A DNA stretch of 64,000 nt. Origin: a virus. Position numbers and translations under genes: made by a program. Numbering within the stretch: the first letter of the stretch is position 1; every line of letters begins with the position of its first letter. The DNA lies in IMG/VR virus record IMGVR_UViG_3300021135_000003, one strand, 5' to 3'. The notes below the pieces were generated by a model. That model was not told the origin of the DNA. It did no database searches and saw only the letters and a program-made list of their open reading frames with translations. Below, one piece after another: positions 56,737 to 64,000 of the stretch.

Positions 56737-58209
56737 ATGTCAACACAAGTACAATTTAGAAGAGGAACTACCACACAGAACAATGCGTTCACTGGAGCAG
56801 CAGGAGAATTATCTGTTGACTCAACACTTAACGTATTGCGTCTCCATGATGGTACAACTGCTGGTGGTAACGCATTATTAAGCGCAAACGCAGTTCAAAC
56901 TGCTTTAAATAAAACCTTTAGTACTGGTTCTGTTTGGACTGGTACTGCTGTTGGTTTAGGATATGGTGGTACTGGTTCAGCAATTACAGCAAATGCTGGT
57001 TCTGTTGCTTATTCTACTTCTAATGGTCTTGCTCTTACTGCTTCTGGTACTTCTGGACAACTTCTTGTTTCTGGTGGTATTGGTGCACCTACTTGGGTTG
57101 CTGCTTCTTCTATCTCAGCTGGTACTGCAACTACTGCTGTTTCAGCAAATAATATTAATGGTGGTTCTGCGGGTCAGTTAATTATTCAGTCTGACGTAAG
57201 TACTACTACTTTTATTACTGCTGGTGCATCTGGTACATTCTTAAAATCTGCTGGTGCTGGTTATGCTCCTACTTGGGCAACTGGTCAGGTTACTATTGGT
57301 TCTAGTTCAGTTTCTCTTGGCTCAACAATTACTAGCGTTGCTGGTTTAGATGTACTTTCTGCAACTGGCACAAATTATTGGTTGATTCCAGTTGGTACTA
57401 CTGCTCAACGTCCAGGATCGCCATCTGCTGGTATGATGCGTTATAATACGGATCAAGTTTCTTTCGAAGGGTATTCTTCTGGCGCATGGTCTTCATTAGG
57501 TGGTGTATCTTCTGTTGACAAATATACTTACATTAGAGCAGAAACTTCTGCTGGTGCATCCAACGGTGAATTAGAATTCTTTGCTAAGAACTCTGCTGGT
57601 AATGCTGCACTAAAAGTTGCTGGTATGAACTACTCTCGTTTCTTAGAAGCGACTGGTACTGTTCTTGGAACACAAACTACTCAGAACTTATTTAATACAG
57701 TAGCGACTACTCTTAATATTGGTGGTTCAGCTACTACAGTTTCTATTGGTGCGGGTACTGGTACTACTACTGTTAATAATAACTTAACAGTTACTGGTAA
57801 CCTTACAATCAATGGTACAACTACAACAGTAAACAATGAAACTGTAGTTAATACTATTACAGTTTCTACTTTTGACGATACGATTAGAACTAGAAAATCA
57901 TTCTCTGGTTCTACTTCTGGATCAACTGCAACTGCTATTACTACTTTCGCAACAGCAACGTATCGTTCTGGTGTTATTGAAATGCAAGTTGTTAATGGAA
58001 CTGCATACAGAGTTCTTCGTTTGATGTTTGTTCATGATGGAACTAACGTAACTTTATCTGAAAACTATTTGGCTGGTATAGAAGTTCAAACAGCAACAAC
58101 TAACACTACGTTTACAGCATCTATTTCTGGTGGTACATTAACTGTTTACGCTACTTGTTCTTCTGGAACCTCTGCTATCAAAGGCGAATCAATCGCATTC
58201 AAGGTATAA
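56737..58209 (+). CDS. Tail fiber with Mtd_N-like N-terminal domain
   Basis: QVQFRRGTT..FTGAAGELSVD..HDGTTAGG; IPVGTTAQRP..GMMRYN..FEGY. Confidence 0.82.
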   Translation: MSTQVQFRRGTTTQNNAFTGAAGELSVDSTLNVLRLHDGTTAGGNALLSANAVQTALNKTFSTGSVWTGTAVGLGYGGTGSAITANAGSVAYSTSNGLALTASGTSGQLLVSGGIGAPTWVAASSISAGTATTAVSANNINGGSAGQLIIQSDVSTTTFITAGASGTFLKSAGAGYAPTWATGQVTIGSSSVSLGSTITSVAGLDVLSATGTNYWLIPVGTTAQRPGSPSAGMMRYNTDQVSFEGYSSGAWSSLGGVSSVDKYTYIRAETSAGASNGELEFFAKNSAGNAALKVAGMNYSRFLEATGTVLGTQTTQNLFNTVATTLNIGGSATTVSIGAGTGTTTVNNNLTVTGNLTINGTTTTVNNETVVNTITVSTFDDTIRTRKSFSGSTSGSTATAITTFATATYRSGVIEMQVVNGTAYRVLRLMFVHDGTNVTLSENYLAGIEVQTATTNTTFTASISGGTLTVYATCSSGTSAIKGESIAFKV

Positions 58210-58212
58210 TAT

Positions 58213-59181
58213 ATGGCAATCCCAGCTTCTAGAGAAGATCTAAAGCAATACTGCCTCAGAGATCTAGGTGCTCCAGTTTTGGAGATTAACGTAGATGATG
58301 ATCAGTTAGAAGATCGTATTGATCAGGTGCTAGATTACTGGCGTCTATATCACTACGAAGGTATCGAACAAGTATATCTTAAGTGTCAAATTCATGCTTC
58401 CACTATAACTCTTACTACTAATAATGCTTCATCATTTGGTTTAGAAGATCAGGTAGTAGGTCAAACTTCTCTTGCTGTTGCAACAGTTACTAGAGAAAAT
58501 TTTGCTGCGTCATCAGGCAATAACCTAATGGTTAAAAATGTGGTCGGAACATTTTTAGCTGGTGAAACTATTATTAGCGGACTTGGTGTAACTGCTACTC
58601 TTGGTTCAGGATCCCCATGCGTTCTTGGTGAATATGATAAAAAATATATTGATATTGATGACTCAGTATACGGTGTTCAAAAAGTTTTAAGTATAGGTCA
58701 GGCTTCATCATCTAAGAATATTTTTGATTTACAATATCAATTGCGTTTGAATGACCTATACGATTTAACATCTACATCAATTATTTACTACAAAACTGTT
58801 ATGTCTCATCTGGCTCTATTAGATTTAGAGTTAAATGGTCATACGCTTTATCGTTTTAATCGTTTACAAAATCGTTTATACCTAGATATTAACTGGGCAA
58901 CTGATATTCAGTTTGGTGACTATATTATTGTTCAAGCATATCGTGCTTTAGATCCAGCTGCTTTCTCTAAAGTTTGGAATGAAAACTGGATTAAGCGTTA
59001 TTGCACTGCTCAATTTAAACGTCAATGGGGTACTAACCTAAAGAAATTTACAGGACTTCAACTTCCAGGTGGCGTAACATTAGATGGCGATAAATTATAT
59101 CAAGAAGCCATGACAGAAATACAAACCTTAGAAGACGAACTACAAAATAAATCAGCCCCATTAGAATTCTTCTTAGGATAA
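58213..59181 (+). CDS. gp13: Neck protein gp13
   Basis: LKQYCLRDLGAPVLEINVDDDQLEDRID, KRQWGTNLKKF..LPGGVTLDG. Confidence 0.93.
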   Translation: MAIPASREDLKQYCLRDLGAPVLEINVDDDQLEDRIDQVLDYWRLYHYEGIEQVYLKCQIHASTITLTTNNASSFGLEDQVVGQTSLAVATVTRENFAASSGNNLMVKNVVGTFLAGETIISGLGVTATLGSGSPCVLGEYDKKYIDIDDSVYGVQKVLSIGQASSSKNIFDLQYQLRLNDLYDLTSTSIIYYKTVMSHLALLDLELNGHTLYRFNRLQNRLYLDINWATDIQFGDYIIVQAYRALDPAAFSKVWNENWIKRYCTAQFKRQWGTNLKKFTGLQLPGGVTLDGDKLYQEAMTEIQTLEDELQNKSAPLEFFLG

Positions 59182-59182
59182 A

Positions 59183-60109
59183 ATGAGCACCGTAAATGTA
59201 TATTTTTCTCAGGGAACTAAAAACGAGCAATTCCTGATTGAAGACATTATCATTGAATCGTTAAAGATTTATGGTAATGAAGTTTTTTACATTCCAAGAT
59301 CCTTAGTTTCTAAGGATAATGTTCTAGGTGAAGATCGCCTTTCTCAATTTAAAACTGCATTTCCTATTGAAATGTATTTTGAGAACGTAGACTCGTTTTC
59401 TGGTCAAGGTGCATTTATTCAGAAATTTGGTTTAATGATTGAACAGTCTGCAACTTTAGTTGTTGCTCGTAGACGTTGGGGTCAGTTTGTTGGTCGTTAT
59501 GGCGTAACAACTGTTCCTGATAGACCAAATGAAGGTGATTTAATTTACTTCCCACTTACTGGTGGATTGTTTGAAATTAAATTTGTTCAACATCAAGATC
59601 CATTCTATCAACTTGGTAAACTTTATGTTTACAAATTACAAGTTGAATTGTTCCAGTACTCTTCAGAAAGAATTGATACTGGTATCGCTGAAGTGGATAA
59701 TTTTGAATCTCTTAAAACATTCAGCACTAATACTACTAGAAATATTCATGGTCGTGTGCATACTATTACATTAACAAATAATGGAACAGGATATACTTCT
59801 GTTCCAACAGTTACATTTACAAGTTCTTCTGGAACTGGTGCAGCAGCAACTGCAGTTTTAGGATCTGGAACTACTGCTGGTCAGATTGTTGCAATTAACC
59901 TTACCAATGCTGGTACTGGTTATCAAATTGCCCCAATTATTAGTTTTGTTGGTGGTAGTGGCGTTGGAGCTGCTGCAACGACAACTCTTGATATTGATAT
60001 TAATAAGTCTTCTGACGGATTTGGTGAAAATGATGCCTTTAAATCTGCAGCAACAGGGGTATTAAATTTTGATGAGCTTAATCCATTCGGAGAAATAAAC
60101 AATGCTTGA
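59183..60109 (+). CDS. gp14: Neck protein gp14 with GSGY-module insertion
   Basis: ESLKIYG..YIPR, RPNEGDLIYFP, PFYQLGK..ELFQYS, NPFGE. Confidence 0.93.
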   Translation: MSTVNVYFSQGTKNEQFLIEDIIIESLKIYGNEVFYIPRSLVSKDNVLGEDRLSQFKTAFPIEMYFENVDSFSGQGAFIQKFGLMIEQSATLVVARRRWGQFVGRYGVTTVPDRPNEGDLIYFPLTGGLFEIKFVQHQDPFYQLGKLYVYKLQVELFQYSSERIDTGIAEVDNFESLKTFSTNTTRNIHGRVHTITLTNNGTGYTSVPTVTFTSSSGTGAAATAVLGSGTTAGQIVAINLTNAGTGYQIAPIISFVGGSGVGAAATTTLDIDINKSSDGFGENDAFKSAATGVLNFDELNPFGEINNA

Positions 60110-60851
60110 TGGAAATGTTTATTATCATGGTTCAATAAGAAAAGCGATCGTTGCGTTCGGTCGTTTATTCAGCGACATTTATATTGATCGTAAACAAGGC
60201 GACTCTGTTAATGGTGATACTATTCAGCGTTTACAAGTTCCGCTTTCTTATGCGCCAAAAGAAAAATGGTTAGTTCGTTTAGACCAACAACCTGATATTG
60301 AAAATAATGTTACTATGGTTTCCTTGCCAAGAATGTCATTTGAGATTATTGGTTATGTTTATGATTCATCTCGTAAATTAAATAGAATGCAACAAATTAA
60401 AACTGACGCTTCTAATTCAACAAAACCAACTGTATATACTCCTGTTCCTTATAACTTAGATTTATCTCTTTATGTTATAACTAAAACACAGGAAGATGGA
60501 ATGCAGATTATTGAGCAGATCCTTCCTACTTTTACACCAGAATATACACTTCAAATTAACATGGTACCTGAAATGGGTATTACCATGGATGTTCCTATTA
60601 TTTTAAATAGTGTTTCAGTTGTTGATGAATACGATGGATCTTTTACTGATAGAAGATTTGTTACTCATACGCTTAATTTTGAAATGAAACTTAACCTTTA
60701 TGGTCCAGTTTCTGGTCAGGGTGTTATTACTCAGGTTAATGCTAATATTGGAGAGAATGAAGCTACTGGTGCTAATAGGGCATATGTGGCGCAAGGTGAT
60801 GTGACTACCGCAACAGTTACTTCGGAGCAGTGGACTGGCCAAGGATTATAA
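60102..60851 (+). CDS. gp15: Tail sheath stabilizer/terminator gp15
   Basis: AFGRLF, VPLSYAPKEKW, LPRMSFE, PVPYNL, QIIEQILPTF. Confidence 0.93.
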   Translation: MLDGNVYYHGSIRKAIVAFGRLFSDIYIDRKQGDSVNGDTIQRLQVPLSYAPKEKWLVRLDQQPDIENNVTMVSLPRMSFEIIGYVYDSSRKLNRMQQIKTDASNSTKPTVYTPVPYNLDLSLYVITKTQEDGMQIIEQILPTFTPEYTLQINMVPEMGITMDVPIILNSVSVVDEYDGSFTDRRFVTHTLNFEMKLNLYGPVSGQGVITQVNANIGENEATGANRAYVAQGDVTTATVTSEQWTGQGL

Positions 60852-62429
60852 ATGGCAGAAATATATAATTCGAATGCGAACTTAAAAGCAGCAGGTGTAG
60901 TAGTTGATTTTACACAGGATAATATTAAAGAGTACATGAAATGTGCTCAAGATTATATTTACTTTATTGAGAATTATTGTTATATCGTTACTCTTGATTA
61001 TGGTCTGCAGTTGTTTAAATTGTATGATTGTCAGAAGAATAAATTAAATGTAATCCATAATAATAGACGTGTTATCCTTATGGAAGGACGTCAGCAAGGT
61101 AAAACTACTGCCTCTGCTGCTTATATTCTTTGGTATACATTATTTCAAGCAAATAAACAAGTTGCTATTTTGGCCAACAAAGCAACTGCTGCAAGAGAAG
61201 TTTTAAATCGTTACCAAACCATGTATGAGATGCTTCCTTTGTGGATGCAACAAGGTGTTACTACTTGGAATAAAGGTGACGTAGAACTAGAAAATGGTTC
61301 AAAGGTATTTACAGCTGCCACATCTACTTCTGGTATTCGTGGTAAATCTGTTAATTTACTTTATGTTGACGAGGCTGCGATTATTCCTAATAACGTAGCT
61401 GAAGAATTCTTTACTTCTGTTTACCCAACTATTTCTGCTGGTGAAACAACAAAGATTCTTTTATCTTCAACACCACTTGGATATAATCATTTCTGGAAAT
61501 TTTGGAATGATGCTGAAAACGGACGTAATGGTTTTACTGCTTTGTTTATTCCGTATTGGGAAATCCCTGGACGTGATGATAAATGGGCAGCTGAACAGAA
61601 AGCAATGCTTGGTGAACTTAAATATAATCAAGAGGTTGCTTGTAAGTTCCTTGGTTCTAGTTTAACTTTGATTAGTGCTGATATTATTGCCAAGATGTCA
61701 ATTGATCCTAGAATCTATGAAAAAGATGGATTAGATGTTTATGTAAGACCACAAAAAGGTCATACATATTGTTTAGTGGCTGACGTAGCAAAAGGTGTTG
61801 GTGGTGACTATTCTGCTTTCCAAGTGGTTGATATTACTGAAGCACCATATAGAATTGTTGCAAAATATAGAAAAAATGATATTAGTCCTTTGTTATATCC
61901 AAACATACTGTATAAAGTAGGTAAAGAATATAATGAAGCATATCTCTTGTTAGAGATAAATGTTAGCGAACAAGTTGCCCATATCTTGTATAATGAATTA
62001 GAATACGAGAATATATTGTTTGTTAATCGTCACACACAAGGGCAATATGTTGGTGCTGGTTTCGGTGGGGGTAAAACCCAATTAGGAGTTAACACTGATA
62101 AAAAGATTAAACGAATTGGGTGTCACAACTTCAAATCTTTGGTTGAAGAGAATAAATTATTAATTACTGATGCGGATACGATCTCTGAAATCTCTACTTT
62201 TATTGAGAAAAAAGGTTCGTATGAAGCAGACGAGGGATATCATGATGACTTGGTTATGCCTTTGGTTCTTTTCGGTTGGCTTACAACTCAGCCTTATTTT
62301 AAAGACCTAAATAACATAAACCTAAGAACTATTATGTATGAGAAACAGATTCAAGCAATTGAAGATGAACTTACTCCCTTTGGGTTCTATGATGATGGAA
62401 ATGACGATAAAGAACCACTTAATTTTTGA
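60852..62429 (+). CDS. gp17: Terminase large subunit gp17
   Basis: RQQGKT, AILANK, VDEAA, SSTPLG, DVAKGVGGDYS, HDDLVM. Confidence 0.97.
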   Translation: MAEIYNSNANLKAAGVVVDFTQDNIKEYMKCAQDYIYFIENYCYIVTLDYGLQLFKLYDCQKNKLNVIHNNRRVILMEGRQQGKTTASAAYILWYTLFQANKQVAILANKATAAREVLNRYQTMYEMLPLWMQQGVTTWNKGDVELENGSKVFTAATSTSGIRGKSVNLLYVDEAAIIPNNVAEEFFTSVYPTISAGETTKILLSSTPLGYNHFWKFWNDAENGRNGFTALFIPYWEIPGRDDKWAAEQKAMLGELKYNQEVACKFLGSSLTLISADIIAKMSIDPRIYEKDGLDVYVRPQKGHTYCLVADVAKGVGGDYSAFQVVDITEAPYRIVAKYRKNDISPLLYPNILYKVGKEYNEAYLLLEINVSEQVAHILYNELEYENILFVNRHTQGQYVGAGFGGGKTQLGVNTDKKIKRIGCHNFKSLVEENKLLITDADTISEISTFIEKKGSYEADEGYHDDLVMPLVLFGWLTTQPYFKDLNNINLRTIMYEKQIQAIEDELTPFGFYDDGNDDKEPLNF

Positions 62430-62444
62430 GAAAACCAATAAAAA

Positions 62445-62451
62445 CTAAATA
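62445..62451 (+). promoter_or_regulatory. Late promoter CTAAATA for gp18
   Basis: Followed by hairpin TAGACA/TGTCTA and SD AAGGAG. Confidence 0.65.
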
Positions 62452-62506
62452 AATGGTAGACACGAATTTCTGTCTAAAGTAAAACTTATTAACAAGGAGA
62501 ATTACA

Positions 62507-64000
62507 ATGCCTTTCCAATTATCTCCAGGCGTTGCAGTCGTAGAAAAAGATTTTTCAGCGATCGTTCCAGCAGTATCTACTAGTCGTGGTGCTACAGTTG
62601 GTGCGTATGTATGGGGTCCAGTTATGTCCCCAGTTCAGGTTACTTCAGAGAACGAATTAGTTCAAATCTTTGGCAAACCACAAGACGCTAATGCTCAAGC
62701 CTTTTTTACTGCAGCGAACTTCCTGTCATATACAAATGCTCTTCTAGTTACTCGTGCTGATTGCACAAACGCTAGAAACGCAGTATCAACACCATCTGGT
62801 TCTATCAGTGCTGTTACTATTTCTAATGCAGGTTCTGGATACACTTCTGCTCCAACTGTTACAATTGGTGCACCTCAAGTTACTGGTGGTATTCAAGCTA
62901 CTGCTACTGTTACTCGTTCTGGTGGTACTGTAACTGGTGTAACTATTTCTGCTGGTGGTACTGGCTATACTGGTACTCCTACTGTTACATTTAGCAACCC
63001 ACAAGTTGCTGGTGGCACAAATGCTACTGGTACAGTAACTGTTGTTGCTGGTGCTGTTACTGCAATTACTATTACTAATCCAGGTTCTGGTTATACTTCT
63101 GCTCCAACTGCTACAATTACTGGTACTGGTACTGGTGCTACTGTTGGTACTGTTACTATTTCTGGATCAACTATTACTGGTATTACTATTACTAATCCAG
63201 GTACTGGTTATACTTCTGCTCCAGCAATTAGTTTAACTGGTGGTGGTGGTTCAGGATTTACTGCAACTACAACTATTTCTGTTGGTGGTGTTAAGATTAA
63301 TAACAGCACAGTTTATCTAAACAGCTTTATCGATGGTGAAGGTGTTGTTGGTGAATTTGCTGCCAAATATCCAGGTACACTAGGTAACTCATTACAGGTT
63401 GTAATGGCTGACTCTGCTACTTTCACTGGTTGGACTTATGCTGCTGCATTCCCAACTGCTCCAGGCACATCTCCATATGCAGCTTCTGTTGGTGGTTCTA
63501 ATGACGAACTCCACGTTGCTATCATTGACCAAGATGGTCTATGGTCTGGAATTCCAGGAACTATCCTAGAGAAATTTGCTTATGTTTCTAAAGCATCTGA
63601 TGCAAAATCTCCAAACGGAACTAACAACTATTACAAGAATGTAATTAACTCTACTTCTAAATATGTATGGTGGTTAGATCACACTACTGCAGTTCTTTCT
63701 GGATCTGCTTGGGGTACTGCTGCTCAAGTTGGTTCTGTTGGTACTATTTTTGCATCATTATCTGCAGCGTATACTTCTTCCCTATCAGGTGGTGTTGATG
63801 ATCTAGCAGTTACTGATGGCCAATTAGAAAATGCTTGGGCACTTTATGCTGACGACGCTCAGTATGATATCAGCCTATTGCCAGTTGGTCCAGCTTCTGC
63901 TACTGTTGCTCAGTATGTTATTTCTAACATTGCTGAAACTCGTCTTGATTGCGTAGCGTTTATTTCTCCACAAGACGTTTCTTCTGGTAACCCAATTACT
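62507..64000 (+). CDS. gp18: Tail sheath protein gp18 (3'-truncated by window edge)
   Basis: MPFQLSPGVAVVEKD...WGPV...FGKP...AANFLSY, AKYPG..GN, SKASDAK; contains GSGY repeats. Confidence 0.93.
   Translation, partial: MPFQLSPGVAVVEKDFSAIVPAVSTSRGATVGAYVWGPVMSPVQVTSENELVQIFGKPQDANAQAFFTAANFLSYTNALLVTRADCTNARNAVSTPSGSISAVTISNAGSGYTSAPTVTIGAPQVTGGIQATATVTRSGGTVTGVTISAGGTGYTGTPTVTFSNPQVAGGTNATGTVTVVAGAVTAITITNPGSGYTSAPTATITGTGTGATVGTVTISGSTITGITITNPGTGYTSAPAISLTGGGGSGFTATTTISVGGVKINNSTVYLNSFIDGEGVVGEFAAKYPGTLGNSLQVVMADSATFTGWTYAAAFPTAPGTSPYAASVGGSNDELHVAIIDQDGLWSGIPGTILEKFAYVSKASDAKSPNGTNNYYKNVINSTSKYVWWLDHTTAVLSGSAWGTAAQVGSVGTIFASLSAAYTSSLSGGVDDLAVTDGQLENAWALYADDAQYDISLLPVGPASATVAQYVISNIAETRLDCVAFISPQDVSSGNPIT

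Noticed and set aside
50960-58209. Diversity-generating retroelement suggested by Mtd_N-like domains and the AAC-rich fiber end at 40260
   Set aside because: No reverse transcriptase, and no TR/VR pair differing only at adenines was seen in this window
60852-62429. Intron or intein in terminase
   Set aside because: Continuous 525-aa ORF of normal length without splice or intein motifs
1-64000. Stop-codon reassignment
   Set aside because: Core genes are full-length and tile densely under the standard code

Overview
AT-rich 64 kb segment of a T4-like (Tevenvirinae-related, freshwater-type) myovirus genome with a Gram-negative host, possibly a betaproteobacterium judging from the tmRNA tag and architecture. 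1-12.1 kb (+) holds accessory and replication/late-transcription genes: two 2OG-Fe(II) oxygenases, PhoH, a GH19 endolysin, an exonuclease, a circularly permuted two-piece tmRNA, an outer-membrane beta-barrel, GroES, SleB, ClpP, gp33, gp59 and gp32. 12.2-17.6 kb (-) holds gp4, gp2, gp54, a holin-like gene, gp16, gp26, gp51 and a gp29-like tape measure. 17.6-64 kb (+) is the late structural operon: gp48, 53, 27-like, 5, PAAR, 25, 6, 7, 8, VrlC-like, many fibers, gp13, 14, 15, 17 and partial gp18. Highlights: (1) a late-promoter-driven cassette inside the tail region pairing a fiber that ends in ...NCHNCNCNC with a radical SAM/SPASM enzyme, a signal-less DctP solute-binding protein and an asparagine-synthetase-like ATPase, a candidate RiPP-like system for post-translational modification of a virion fiber; (2) a permuted tmRNA near ClpP and GroES; (3) a likely -1 programmed frameshift fusing gp26 to gp51 just upstream of the tape measure; (4) a compact H-type pseudoknot in a late 5' leader; (5) a gp5 carrying both GH19 and C-terminal M15-peptidase-like domains. 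All product calls come from motif recognition by eye; no searches were run.
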